Positions 39,201 to 53,148 are shown, counted from the first letter of the stretch. The stretch: 64,000 bases of DNA from Squalus acanthias (GCA_030390025.1 CM059432.1:139130001-139194000); one strand, 5' to 3'. The notes: generated by a model not told the origin, from the letters alone. Made by a program: numbers and translations.

Positions 39201-40164
39201 ACCCTATACACACACGCACACATATACACAGGCGCGCACACACTGAAACCTATCTGTGTAGCTTTTAAAATAAAAATGTGAATTGATTAATTTCAAGTTC
39301 AGTGAGAGAGGTCGGTTTAGCTTCACATCCTCATAGAAGGGGTGGGAGAAGGCAAATGCTGATATCACACCAGGCAGTGTTCATGCCAGCAGTGGCATTG
39401 CCAAAGGGAGCATCTCAGCCAAGCAATGGAGCTTGGCATCATGGGCCTGAAGAAGGGGTAAATAACTTGAAAAGGAGGGGCGGTGGTGGTCGGAAGCAAG
39501 ATGGACGCTTCATTAAAAGATTTTGTTTTCATTTGCTGAAGAAAAATTTCAACAATCAATAAAGTTGTACAGTAGAAAGCTGGTCCCTTCAGATCCATAG
39601 GGCCACAGTTAATGATAGATAATCCTACCTATCAAGCAATGAACTTTTGCTAGGCAACTACTGTAATAGTGCTGTAATCCAGCTCAAATACTTTTACTCT
39701 TACCTGCCCTCCCTCCTTCCTCTCATCCCCTCCCTCCACTGGTCACAAAGCTGTCTCAATGTCTGAGCAACTGTTCCCTCAGATAAAATACAATTTAATG
39801 AAAAATAAAAACAACTTACTGTGACCAAACTGCACTAATTATATTTTTCAAGAGTATATTTACGCTTCAAAGACAACTATGCCGTGACAGGAAACCGAAT
39901 AGTTTGCTTGGCTGACACTCAGGTTGCCCAAGAGAGCAAGGAAGATTGTAAGACTGTGCACAGAAAAATGGTGAAATCTTTTTTCTTTTAAATGCACCAA
40001 TAGGGGGCCAAGGCAAATTTATGCTTATTGTTCTTGGGATAATAAAATTCCGTACAACGGAATTTAGGTTCAAATAATAGAGCGAAAAGAGTTTTATTAA
40101 GGTTTTCGACAATATGCCTCAGCTTGATCAAAGTATTAGACAGTAGAACCATGGAATTGTAACC

Positions 40165-40545
40165 ATCTTTGGTCTCAAATCCCTCCATGGCCTCTCCCCT
40201 CCCTATCTCTGTAATCTCCTGCAGCCCGACAACCCTCCGAGATCTCTGCGCTCCTCCAATTCTGGTCTCTTACGCTTTCCTGATTTTCATCGCTTCACCA
40301 ATGGCGGCCGTGCCTTCATCTGCCTAGAGCCCGAAGCTCTGGAATTCCCTCCCTAAACCTCTCCACCTCTCTTTCCTACTTGAAGATGCTCCTTAAAACC
40401 TACCTCTTTGACCAAGCTTTTGGTCACCTGTTCCAAAATCTCATGTGGCTCGGTTTCAAATTTTGTTTGATAATCGCTCCTGTGAAGCGCCTTGGGACGT
40501 TTTACTACGTTAAAGGCGCTATGTAAACGCAAGTTGTTGTTGTTG
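40165..40545 (+). mobile_element. L2 LINE 3' fragment
   Basis: L2 C-terminus and (TTG)n tail. Confidence 0.8.
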
Positions 40546-41044
40546 TAAGTTCACAAAACAACAAAATACTTGGGGGTCAAAATTGCCATCAGAGTGACAA
40601 AGTGCGTCTCTCGGCCACCTGAAGCCATGGGTGGCGACCAGCTTTATCCAAGGTATCACGTACAGGGTCATCAGGATGATCAGGGTGGGCGTATCGGGTG
40701 CCTGTCCCGATGGGGGAGCAGCATGCAGCCACCCCACTAGGAGCACACACAGGTCCTTCCCAGACCTCAAGAGATCTTTGGCTGCAATTAGGCAGTATCC
40801 TCTCTGGAAGAATTGCCTTACTATTGGCAACGGACCAAGGCCTTTTCTGGAGACTCAAAGCCAGCTCCCAACTGAGATCGATAGATTTTTGTTGGCCATA
40901 GGTATTAAGGGTTACGGAACCAAGGCGGGTAGATGGGAGTTAGGATACATATCACCCACCATCTAACTGAATGGCGGAACAGGCTCAAGGGGCTGAATGG
41001 CCCCCTCCTGTGCCTATGCGTGTTCTGCGGAGACCTTTTGACGA

Positions 41045-42178
41045 TAAGAACATAAGAACGTAAGAAATAGCAGGAGCAGGCCATTTGGCCCTTTGAGCCT
41101 GCTCCGCCATTCAATAAGATCATGGCTGATCTTCTACCTCATCTCCACCTTCCCGCACTATCCCCACATCCCTTGATTACCTTAAAATTCAAAAATCTAT
41201 CAATCTGTCTTGAATATACTCAACGACTGAGCCTCCACAGCCCTCTGGGGTAGAGAATTCCAAAGATTCACCACCCTCTGAGTGAAGACATTTCTCCTCA
41301 TCTCAGTCCTAAATGGCCAACCCCTTATTCTGAGACTGTGACCCCTGGTTCGAGACTCCCCAGCCAGGAGAAACATCCTCCCTGCATCTACCCTGTCAAG
41401 CCCTGTAAGAATTTTGTATGCTTCAATGAGATCACCTCTCATTCTTCTAAACTCTGGAATATAGGCCTAGTCTACTCAATCTCTCCTCATAGGACAATCC
41501 CCCCATCCCAGGAACCAGTCTCTCTATGGCAAGTATATCCTTCCTTAGGTAAGAAGACCAAAACTGTACACAATACTCCAGGTGTGGTCTCACCAGGGCC
41601 CTACATAATTGCAGTAAGACGTCTTTACTCTTCTACTCAAATCCTCTTGTAATAAAGGCCAACCATTTGCTTTCCTAATTGCTTGCTGTACCTGCATGTT
41701 AACTTTCAGTGATTCGTGTACAAGGACACCCAGGTCCCTCTGAACACCAACATTTCCCAATCTCTCACCATTTAAAAAATACTCTTGTTTTTCTATTTTT
41801 CCTACCAAAGTGGATAACTTCACATTTCTCCACATTGGATAAAGCTGGTCGCCCACTCACTTAGCCTGTCTATATCCCCTTGAAGCCTCTTTGCATCCTC
41901 TTCACAACTTACATTCCCACCCTGCTTTGTATCATCAGCAAACTTGGATATATTACATTTGGTCCCCTCATCCAAATCATTGATGTAGAATGCGAATAGT
42001 TGATGCCCAAGCACTGATCCTTGCGGTATCCCACTAGTTACAGCCTGCCAACATGAAAATGACCCATTTATTGCTACTCTCTGTTTTCTGTCCATTAACC
42101 AATCCTCAATCCATGCTAGTATATTACCCCCAATCGCATGAGCCCTAATTTTGTTTAATAACCTCTTGTGTGGCATGT
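41045..42178 (-). mobile_element. CR1 LINE 3' about 1.1 kb
   Basis: PHKRLL, GIPQGSVLG, KFADDTK and MRGDLIEAYKIL motifs. Confidence 0.9.
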
Positions 42179-42413
42179 AATGGGTGAAATTCCCAGATTA
42201 TCCCAGAAACTCCCCCTCCCCCCACCGCTGATACATACTCCTGACAAACTGAGGTAGGGTGCATGCAGGCAGAAGATGCAGCCACGGCCTCTCCCACCAG
42301 AAAATGGCTGGAGCTAAAACAAAAAGGTGCGGAATCCGGCCACAACCTGGCTCTACCCCGTTTCCAGTCCTTTGACCTGGAGATCAGCCCCAGTTGCAAC
42401 TTTGGGCCGGACT

Positions 42414-42768
42414 TAAGGTTGCCAACTCTGGTTGGACGCATTCTCGGGAGGTTTTGTCACATGACCTCCCGCCCCCCCCACCACTGGTCACCCGACACGT
42501 CCATGCTCCCCGGCGCCCCACCTTCCCACGGCCAACTGGGAAGCGAACACAATCTCCATTATCCAATTGGATGACTCACTCTCAGTCAAGCAGCCTTTCC
42601 CCCGACACCCCCCATCTCCAATATTTCTATAACTAATAAGAAAAATATACAAAGAAAATGAAAGAAACACTTTTTTTTTTTTAATTCCCTGATGATTTTT
42701 CTCCCGGGAGTTGCTGGCAGCAGAGCCCTGGAGATAAATCTTCAAATCCTGGAGAGTTGGCAACCCGA
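42414..42768 (+). mobile_element. hAT-type MITE
   Basis: TIRs TAAGGTTGCCAAC / GTTGGCAACCCGA; 8-bp TSD GCCGGACT / GCCAGACT (1 mismatch); further copies at about 50880-51258 (+) and 55205-55588 (-). Confidence 0.75.
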
Positions 42769-43837
42769 GCCAGACTGGAACCTCAGGCCTTTTATCCCGG
42801 CAGCTTAAAAGATTCTTTTGAACTAACTTAAGTTAGGAAGATTAAACCACTGGATTATTCACACTATCGCTTAATTAAATATTAACCTCGCTTGCAAGAA
42901 ATAAATGTCTCCGTTAGTAGTTTGCGGTATGTCACAGAATGCTTGCTTTATCGGCACCATGTCAAGTGCAACAACAGCTTAGCTTACATTTATACCGGAC
43001 ACGTTGGCAAACATTCCAAATCCCCAAAAAACAAGAGTAGGGGGAGGAGGTCAGGCGATGCCTGATCGAGAAAGTGGGTTTTCAAGGAGGTTTCTGAAGA
43101 TGGGGGGAGAGGTAGCAATGCGGAGAGGCTCCAGTAGAAAGTTCCGGAGTGAGTGGGCTAGAGGACTGACAGCTCGATCACCCAATGGTAACACAAGAAA
43201 GCTGGAACTCCCAAAAAGCTGTTGAGGCTGGCGGGAGGGGGGCAGTGTCAATTGAAAATTTCAAAACTGAGATTGATAGATTTTTGTTGGGCATGGGTAT
43301 TAAGGGTTACGGAACCAAGGCGGGTAGATGGAGTTAAGATACAGATCAGCCATGATCTAATTGAATGGCGGAACAGGCTTGAGGGGCTGAATGGCCTCCT
43401 CCTGTTCCTATGTTCCTAAGAGAGAGAACACACGGTTGACCACAGAAAGAACAGTAGAGGGATTTGGGGCCGGAGGAGGTAAGGAGCAGTAGAGGGATTT
43501 GTAAAGGAGGGTTTTCTGTATTTAACTGGCCTGGAGGTGATCATGAATCTCACCTCCCACAATCCAACACTCAAAAGAATTTCACAAAATCTATAGCCAA
43601 GTTCTGTATTTCCACCACAACAATTATACACCATTTTTATTTAAAAGCAAAACACAAAATATACTTAAGTTAGGAAAAAGAAAAGGCTCATTCAACCAAT
43701 CAAGCTCCTTCCCTCTGCAGACAATATGCAGCTTGGTCTGTCAGGGACTCTACTCAACCTGCTCAACAAATTTCCTGAAGGAGACAACAGATATAAAACT
43801 CTGACATTTCTCTATATCCATTTTCATCCCCTCTGAA

Positions 43838-44275
43838 GGTGTCAGCCATGGCTCAGTGGGTGGCACTCTCACCTCTCTGTCAGAAGGTTGTGGGTTTAAG
43901 CCCCACTCCAGAGACTTGAGCCCATAATCCAGGCTGACACTGAGGGAGTGCTGCACTGTCGGAGGTGCCGTCTTTCGGATGAGACATTAAACCGAGGCCC
44001 CGTCTGCCCTCTCATGTGGACATAAAAGATCCCACGGCACTATTCGAAGAAGAGCAGGGGAGTTCTCCCTGGTGTCCGTGCCAATATTTATCCCTCAACC
44101 AACATCACTAAAAACAGATGATCTAGTCATCATCACATTGCTATTTGAGGGAAATTGCTGTGAGCAAATTGGCTGCCGCGTTTCCTACATTACAACAGTA
44201 CTTCATTGACTGTAAAGCACTTTGGGACGTCCTGAGGTTGTGAAAGGCACTATATATAAATGCAGATGCTTCTTC
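43838..44275 (+). mobile_element. Deu-SINE, full length
   Basis: tRNA head, Deu core and tail. Confidence 0.85.
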
Positions 44276-45055
44276 TTTTTCTCTTCTTAAAGAAAAAGCA
44301 GATACGGTTGCAGGAGACAAATCAAAATATTATGAAGCTATCAACACATCTTGAAATTACTGCACGATACAAGACTAATTTTCAATGTGAAACCTTTCCT
44401 TCTGAATGTAGTACAATGTCATATTGATCGTGATGGGAGCCAACCTCTTTAACCAAGCTTTTGGTCACCTTAAGCATCTCTTTATGTGGCTCGATGTCAA
44501 ATTTTGTCTGATTTATGCTCCTGTGAAGTGCCTTGGGATGTTTTTACTGCATTAAAAGGTGCTATATAAATGCAAATCGTTGTTGTTTAACAGTTTAATG
44601 TCAAACGTTACATTGGCAACCAAAGCTGTTTCAAAAGGTTTTCTACGGCTGGGCATTTTCTTACGGAACTATAGCCTTAACCTTTAGGCTCTTACAAGGG
44701 TGACGTTTGTCTGACATACGTCTTGTCTCTTTCCTCCCCCACCTAGAAATGGATAATTTCATAAACACACAAGACAACAGCTTCATAATAACGGAGAGAT
44801 ATTCTGTAGATATGCAACATTCAAAGAATGTGACATTAGTAAGGAGAAGATACATTATCTCAATATAGTACACTGACTTAAGATCAATGCCAAAATCAGG
44901 CCCCTACCTAGTGAGAGAGTGATCAAGCTAACTATGAGGAAAGACTGAACAGGCTGGGGCTCTTTTCACTCGAAAAGAGAAGGCTAAGGGGTGACCTGAT
45001 AGAGGTCTTTAAAATTATGAAGGGGTTTGATAGGGTAGACGTAGAGAAGATGTGT

Positions 45056-45496
45056 CAACACGGTGGCATAGTGGTTAGCACTGGTGCCTCACAGCGCCAG
45101 AGACCCGGGTTCGAATCTAACCTCGGGTGACTGTCTGTGTGGAGTTTGCACATTCTCCCCGTGTCTGCGTGGGTTTCCTCCGGGTGCTCCGGTTTCCTCC
45201 CACAGTCCAAAAATGTGTGGGTTAGGTTGATTTGGCTATGATAAATTGACCCTTAGTGTTAGGGGGGATTAAATATGTGGGGTTATGGGGATAGGATGGG
45301 ATATGTTAGGGGGAATTAAATACGTGGGGTTACGGGGGTAGGGTGGGATATGTGTACTGTGGGGATTAAAGCAGGGACAGGGTACTGGATTTGGATGATC
45401 AGCCATGATCGTATTGAATGGCGGAGCAGGCTCGACGGGCCGAATGGCCTACTCCTGCTCCTAGATTCTATGTTTCTATGTTTCTATGTTTCTATG
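45056..45496 (+). mobile_element. Young HE1/V-SINE with CR1-derived tail, inserted in a CR1 fragment (44930-45705)
   Basis: Near-identical to 48373-48799 and 54525-54959; ATGTGTC is repeated at both flanks. Confidence 0.85.
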
Positions 45497-47489
45497 TGTC
45501 CACTTGTGAGAGGAGTTCAAAACTAGGGGTCATCATGAATGTAAGATAGCCACTAATAAATCAATTAAGGAATTCAGGAAAAACTTCTTTACTCAGAGAG
45601 TGGTTAGAATGTGGAACTTGCTAGCACAAGGAGTCATTGAGGCGAATAGCAGAGATACATTTAAGGTGAAGCTAGAAAAACACATGAAGGAGGAAGGAAT
45701 AGAAGAACTGAAAACACCCATACCCAAAATTCACCATAAAGCCGTGGAATATTTAAATTCAAATAAAGTAGTATTTTAACACCATCCATTCTGACTTTTT
45801 CAATTTTTTCCCGCCTGCAATCTGTAGTATTGGATATGTGGACAGGTTCAACATAGCCACCCAGCACTGGTTAATAAGACAGGCCATTTTAATATTAGAT
45901 TCTACACAACAACAAAAGTACCAAATCATTGAAGAATTAAAAGGCTGTGATCCGATCTCACGGTTCACAAGATACTTTCAAGCTACTCAACTTTTGCTCC
46001 AGTTGTTTCGTCACCTGAACCCCTCAACTACAAAGATGCCTTGAAATTCCCTTCCAGGTACTGTTTATTTCTATGGCGTAACTGCCTGATAATAAACAAC
46101 TGGAAACGCTGTAGAGTTATGGTTCAGCTTTTAATTTGGTGCAACTAATATTCAGAATATCAAATGTTTCTGCAAATGCTACATTCAACTATAATGAAAC
46201 TGAAGACTCTGGCTGCTTGATATGGAAAGATTCTGACATGTCTCTTGAATACTGGGTAGTGATGAACATGTAGATCAGCACAGGGAAGCCAAGCTTTCAG
46301 AAGAAACAAATTTGAAAGACAAAGCATTTGCAAGTTGTAATCAAATGGAATTTGAATTTGTTAGAAACTTTAATATGTGCATATTTCCACAAATGTAATT
46401 TTTTTTTAAAAATCATAAAATCATACAGCACAGGCGGCCATTTGGCCCATCATGCCTGTGCCAGCTCTTTGAAATCCAATTAGTCCCACTCCCCCTGCTC
46501 TTTTCCCCATAGCCCTGTAAATGCTTTTGTTGCAAGTATTTATCCAATTCCTTTCTGAAAGTTACTATTGAATCTGCTTGCACCACACGTTCAGGCAGTG
46601 CATTCCAGATCTTAATTCACTGCATTAAAAAAATCTCATCTGCCAATTACCTTAAATTTGTGTCCTTTGGTTCCCGACCCTCCTGCCAGTGGAAACAGTT
46701 TCTCCTTATTTACTCTATCAAAACCCTTCATCATTTTGAACACCAATATTAAATCTCCACTTAACCTTCTTTGCTCTAAGGAGAGCAATCCCAGCTTCTG
46801 CAGATAACTGAAGTCCCTCATCCCCAACACTTACTTTTAAAGTTATCTGTACAAAACATATTTTGAAATACTGGATATTTTGTTCACAAGACAGTTACAA
46901 TTCCAATAAACTAGGTGATTGTTTCTATTGTTGTTTTACTATTATTCACATCATCGGTTGTGTAGGCTCCTACGTTAAAATTCCAAGTCTTTGTTTCTTC
47001 CCTAAACCTGGTTTTGCTGTATCTCCTCCACCCACATATATCCCCATACTAATGTCAAAGTACACTGGAGGGAATTAACTTTCCATAAAAATAAAGGCAC
47101 TGCCCAACAGTCACAAATGAAGGCTTTTCAGAAATGTACTTATTAAGAAAACTGCCAAACATCTTAAAAGAGTTTGTGAAAACTTAACAATTCAACATAA
47201 ACTGCCAGTTTGGTTTTTTTAAGCAATAAACTTTTATGCAAAATGTTTTAGCTGTTAATTTCATACAGAAACTTCCACAGGCAAAAGTTTTTTTTTCCAA
47301 ATGTGTAAACAATAAAGTGCCAATAAACAGTGACAACCACATACTTTTATAGGGAAGGGGGGACACTAAAAGAGTATTCTTTTCAATATAAGCACACCAC
47401 ACCCACTGTATTTTCTCTGGTAATGGCGAAAGGAAAGTTTGTGGTGGCTGTAAATTATCAGGGAGCAACCTCATGTAACCCTTGCTTCC

Positions 47490-48070
47490 TGGTTCCGGTT
47501 CCCCTTGCCCGCTTCTCACTCACCCATTCGACAGAGGGCATTGTGACGCGTCTTAGAGTGACAGGCCAGACGGCCAACCGGAATGCCAGACCACCGACCC
47601 ACCAGACGAGCAGCAAACCAATCAGGAGCGAGAGGAGGCGGGGCTGTCTCTCCTCGCCTCGCCCCGCCCCCTTCCCGCACCGAAGCCGAGGCTGATCCCA
47701 GCAACGGCCAGTAACTGGCGGTTGAAACGACGGCAGCGCAGAGGCCCCAAAAGCCTCGGGCGAGCGGCGTCCGCTGCCTCCCCTTCGCAGCGGCGAAAAG
47801 TGATAACGCGGAAGCCGCTGCGCTCCTGCCCGGCTCCCAAGTGCAGCGGGGCGATGAGAAATGAAATCGTTTCATTATTTAGACGTACCTGGGCGCGAAT
47901 CCGTAGCGTCCGCTCACCATGTACTTAGTCACAAGTGGCCTGCCGTAGCAGAAAGTCGGTGTCACTGAGAACGAGGCTGATGATGCGCGCGGGGGGGAGT
48001 GGGGAAGCGAATGGGACGTCACGTGATGTGCGGCTCCCACGTGACCGTGAGCACGTGCTGATGATGCTTG
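47490..48070 (-). promoter_or_regulatory. ZNF407: CpG-island promoter and probable non-coding first exon(s) of ZNF407
   Basis: CpG-dense non-repeat segment. It contains CCAAT at 47618-47622, GC box GCCCCGCCCC at 47661-47670, CGGAAG at 47809-47814 and three CACGTG at 48020, 48038 and 48052. Minus-strand donors are ATGG|GTGAGT (47524/47523), CAG|GTACGT (47889/47888) and ATG|GTGAGC (47918/47917). Confidence 0.7.
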
Positions 48071-48372
48071 GCTTCCACCACAAGAGTTCCAAATGGACAA
48101 TGGCCATTCTTTCTGGGAGCTCTTTACAACAATCAGGGCTCTTTGTCTATTTGCCTACTTTTTTGGTGGTGGTGGTGGTGGTGGGGGCACGGTCTAGTTT
48201 ATTGGAATCCGCTAAATTAAGAGAATAATAAAATTGGGTGGCCCCCCCCCTCCCCCGAAAATAGAAAGACTTGCATTTATACACAGCGCCTTTCAGGATC
48301 TCAGGGCGTCCCAGGAAGCGCTTTACAGCCAATGGATTACTTTTTGGAGTGCAGTCACTGTTGTAATATGTG

Positions 48373-48799
48373 GGCAACACGGTGGCATAGTGGTTAGCAC
48401 TGGTGCCTCACAGCGCCAGAGACCCGGGTTCGAATCTGACCTCGGGTGACTGTCTGTGTGGAGTTTGCACATTCTCCCCATGTCTGCGTGGGTTTCCTCC
48501 GGGTGCTCCGGTTTCCTCCCACAGTCCAAAAATGTGTGGGTTAGGTTGATTTGGCTATGATAAATTGACCCTTAGTGTTAGGGGGGATTAAATATGTGGG
48601 GTTATGGAGGTAGGATGGGATATGTTAGGGGGAATTAAATACGTGGGGTTACGGGGGTAGGGTGGGATATGTGTACTGTGGGGATTAAAGCAGGGACAGG
48701 GTACTGGATTTGGATGATCAGCCATGATCGTATTGAATGGCGGAGCAGGCTCGACGGGCCGAATGGCCTACTCCTGCTCCTAGATTCTATGTTTCTATG
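48373..48799 (+). mobile_element. Young HE1/V-SINE with CR1-derived tail, inserted in a minus-strand Deu-SINE (48263-48970)
   Basis: A-box/B-box head, V-domain, internal duplication and CR1 tail. Confidence 0.85.
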
Positions 48800-49025
48800 T
48801 AATGTGGGAAACGCGGCAGCCAATTTGCGCACAGCAAGCTCCCACAAACAGCAATGTGTTAATGACCAGATTATCTATTTTTTTAAGTGATGTTGATTGA
48901 GGGATAAATATTGGTCAGGACACCGGGGAGAACTCCCCTGCTCTTCGAAATAGTGCCACGGGATCTTTTACGGTAGTCTAGTTTATTGGAAGCCACCAAA
49001 TTCAGAGAATAAATTAAGACTTGCA

Positions 49026-50343
49026 GTGCTGAAATGGCTCTCATCAAAGTCACAAATGACATCCTTTGTGACTGTGAGAAAGGTAAACTATCCCTCCTCG
49101 TCCTTCTTGACTTGTCTGCAGCCTTTGACACGGTTGACCACTCCATCCTTCTCCAACGCCTCTCCATCGTTGTCCAGCTCGGTGCGACTGTACTCGCCTG
49201 GTTCCATTCTTATCCATCTAATCGTAACCAGAGAATCACCTGCAACGGCTTCTTTTCCCGCTCCCACATCGTTACCTCTGGTGTCCCCCAAGGATCTATC
49301 CTTGGCCCCCTCCTATTTCTCATCTACGTGTTGCCGCTTGGCGACATCATCCGAAAACACAGCGTCAGTTTCCACATGTACGCTGACGACACCCAGCTCT
49401 ACCTCACTACCTCTTCTCTCGACCCCTCCACGGTGTCTAAATTGTCAGACTGCTTGTCCGACATACAGTTCTGGATGAGCAAAAATTTTCTCCAAATAAA
49501 TATTGGGAAGACCAAAGCCATTGTTTTCGGTCCCCGCCACAAACTCTGTTCCCTAGCCACTGACTCCATCCCTCTCCCTAACATCTGTCTGAGGCTGAAC
49601 CACAGTGTTCGCAATCTTGGTGTCATATTTGACCCTGAAATGAGCTTCCGACCACATATCCGCAGCATAACAAAGACCGCCTACTTCCACCTCCGTAACA
49701 TCGCCCGTCTCCACCCTTGCCTCACCTCATCCACTGCTGAAACCCTCATCCATGCCTTTGTTACCTCTAGACTTGACTATTCCAACACACTCCTGGCTGG
49801 CCTCCCACATTCCACCCTACGTAAACTTGAGGTCATCTAAAACTCGGCTGCCCGTGTCCTAACTCGCACCAAGTCCCGTTCGCCCATTTCCTCTGTGCTC
49901 GCTGACCTACATTGGCTCCCAATAAACCAGTGCCTCGTTTTCAAAATTCTCATCCTTGTTTTCAAATCCCTCCAAAGCCTCGCCCCTTCCTTTCTCTGTA
50001 ATCTCCTTCAGCCCCACAACCCCCCGAGATATCTGCGCTCCTCTAATTCTGCCCTCTTGCGCATCCCTGCTTATAATCGCTCAACCTTTGGTGGCCGTGC
50101 CTTCTGTTGCCTAGACCCTAAGCTCTGGAATTCCCTGCCTAAACCTCTCCGTCTCGCTACCTCTCTTTCCTCCTTTAAGACGCTCCTTAAAACCTACCTC
50201 TTTGACCAAGATTTTGGTCACCTGCCCTAATTTATCCTTATGTGGCTCGGTGTCAAAGTTTTTGTCTTAAAATACTCCTGTGCAGCGCCTTGGGACGTTT
50301 TACTACGTTAAAGTCGCTATATAAATACAAGCTGTTGTTGTTG
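49026..50343 (+). mobile_element. L2 LINE 3' 1.3 kb (RT), inserted in the tail of a Deu-SINE that continues at 50344-50750 (-)
   Basis: LLDLSAAFDTVDH, GVPQGSILGPLLF, YADDTQLY and SRLDYSN motifs. Confidence 0.92.
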
Positions 50344-53012
50344 TATCGTGCCTTTTCACTGCCTCGGGAACATCCCAAAGCGCTTTGCAGCACTCTTTTG
50401 AAGTGTAGTCACAATTGTAATGAAGGAAACGCAGCAGCCAATTTGATAAATAACCAAATAATCTTTTTTTTTAGCGATGTTGGTTGAGGGATAAATATTG
50501 GGCAAAACATCAGGAAGAACTCCCCTGGTCTTCTTGGAAATAGTGCCACGGGATCTTTTACATCCACCTGGGAGGGGAAGACGGGACCTCGGTTTAACGT
50601 CTCATCCGAAAGACGGCACCTCCGCCATTGGCAGAACTCCCTCAGCACCGCACTGGAGTGTCTGCCTAGATTATGCGCTCTACTGGAGTAGGACTTGAAC
50701 CCACAACCCTTTGACTCAGAGGTGAGAGTGCTGCCCACTGAACTACAGCTGACAAAGCAGTGAAAGATGGCTCCAATGAGCAGGCTAGCACAACTCTCAC
50801 TACGAGCTGCAGGAAGGTGCATACCCCTCCCCTCTGTAACCAAGTGAGACCCTCCCCACAGCAAATGAAACTGAAGCACATTTTTCCAATTCTGGTTGGA
50901 CGTATTTCTTGGCGCTTTCATCACATGACCTCCTGCCGCCAACCATCCCGTCCCCACACATGCCGCCATTGGTCGCCCAACATGTCCATCCCCGCCCTCC
51001 CACACCAATCGTAATGTGAATAGACTATTACACGATTGGGTGATTCTTGACTTTCAGTCAAACAGCTTTTTTTCCCCCCAATCTCCAATATTTTTGCAAC
51101 TAATAAAGTGTTCAAAGAAAATGAAAAGAAAAACACAATTTTTTTTAACGCCCCTATGATTTTTCTCCTGGGGTTTTGCTTGCAGCAGTGTCCTGGAGAT
51201 TAATCTTCAATTCCTGGAGATGCCAAGTCAATCCTGGAGGGATGGGTGGCAACCCCTAGCTGGAACTGGAGAAACAACAAGCAGTCTGGGGCCCATTCTG
51301 GGAAGTTCACACAGCACAAAGTGCACCACCTCCCAGCACAACTACCTCCTGACTACGAAGGGCTAACAACCACAACCAACGTGACCAGGAGTATGCAGAG
51401 ACTTCCCCTGCCTCACACTTACACAATCCACAGAAACCAAGTTGCTGCAACCCTTTGACCTACAATGCTCCCAGCAGAATCCTCGATGCACCGATGCACT
51501 CCCCCAGCAAGCACCGTGCAATCAAAATGCACAACGGCTTAAAAAAAAATTACGAATGTACTTTTTTTTCCAGAATTCAACACAAAATAAACTGCACACA
51601 TACCATATCCACAGACCATGTAAAATCTACTCTTTTGGCCTTAACCACACTCCCGAGGGCAAGTCCTGCATAAATATAAATCTAAAAAGGATGTTTGACT
51701 GGGCGGGGCAGTTGGAGGTGGGAGGTCATGTGATTTACGCTATCAAAACTCAACCCCTCATAACTTTGAACGCCTCTATTAAATCTCCCTTTAACCTTCT
51801 CTGCTCTATGGAGAACAACCCCAGCTTCTATAGTCTCTCCACAAAACATATAGCCCAGACCAGGTAAGGACGGCAGGTTCCCTTCCCTAAAGGACATTAG
51901 TGAACAACAATCCAACAGCTTCATGGTCATTTTTATTGATTTAAAAAAAAATTCATTCCTGGGATGTGGGCGTCGCTGGCAAGGCCAGCATTTATTGTCC
52001 ACCCCTAATTGTCCTTGAGATGGTGGAGGTGAGCACACCTTATACAACTGAGTGGTTTGCTTGGCCATTTCAGAGGGCAGTTAAGATTCAACCACATTGC
52101 TGTGGGTCTGGAGTCACATATAGGCCAGTCCAGGTAACAACCAGAACAACCCCAGCTTCTATAGTCGCTCCACAAAACATATAGGCCAGTCCAGGTAAGG
52201 ACGGCAGATTTCCTTCCCTAAAGGGCATTAGTGAACCAGATGGATTTTTACAACAATCTGGTAGTTCCCACGGTCACAGTTACTGATACTAGCTTTTTTT
52301 ATTCCAGATTTATTTGATGAACTGAATGTAAATTCCCCAGCTGCCGTGGTGGGATTTGAAATCATGTCCTCTTGTATCATTAGCCCAGGCCTAACCACTA
52401 TGCTATTGTACCCCTGCAGCAGATTTTTAATGTAATTGCATCTACCTGATTGTTTTTGAGCATTATTAGATGCTTCGTTCTAATTCAGCACACTTTACAG
52501 TGTGGATACCGAACAGATTTGTTGACGTAATAAAAGTCAAGTTAGTCAACCAGGCTACCAACAAGTGGATTTTTGACTTTTGGGAGCAGCAAGATGCTAC
52601 GGCCTTGGAATGACACAATGGGGCACTAGTTAGTGCTTACTCTCTAATATTCTAGTGCAGGTGATTGATTACCTGTTCAAAATAAATGGGTTAGCATTTC
52701 TGATAAAATAGCAGAAAGACAAATTTCAGATGTGGTATTAAGTGTTCATAGGCTAGATTCCTACTGTGTAATTTCAGGGCTTATGAATCATAAACCTCTG
52801 AAATACTAAAGTATTGCAAATTAAAACACATATTAATATGATCGATGGATCTTTCCCCCACTACAGTTGAAAAGATGCAACAGAATATTTGCATGATTAA
52901 TATTGCAGGATTTATTTTGCATATATGTAATTTCAAATCCTGATTGCCATTTTATTTAAAACATTACCCAGAACTAACTCTATTTTTGTTCTGGTAATCA
53001 TTCTCGGGCCAC

Positions 53013-53018
53013 TTTATT
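53013..53018 (-). terminator. Candidate poly(A) signal of the CNDP gene
   Basis: AATAAA on the minus strand about 67 nt after the stop codon; further copies lie near 52911 and 52951. Confidence 0.45.
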
Positions 53019-53084
53019 ACAATACACAATATGCTTGGCTAATGAAAGCAAAAATCAGTTTTGATATAATAAGGTAGACTGTTC

Positions 53085-53148
53085 TTAAAGCTGTGAAATC
53101 TCAGCCAGATATGCTGCAAACAACTTTGTGCCATTTATGTAGTTGTCT
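53085..53148 (-). CDS. CNDP1: Carnosine dipeptidase last coding exon (R-DNYINGTKLFAAYLAEISQL*)
   Basis: ttttctcag|A GAC AAC TAC...CTT TAA; matches the CNDP C-terminus NYIxGTKLFAA. Confidence 0.85.

Noticed and set aside
43838..43912. tRNA-like sequences at SINE heads (also 25520, 45056, 48373, 57283)
   Set aside because: They continue into SINE bodies, so they are SINE promoters and not tRNA genes.
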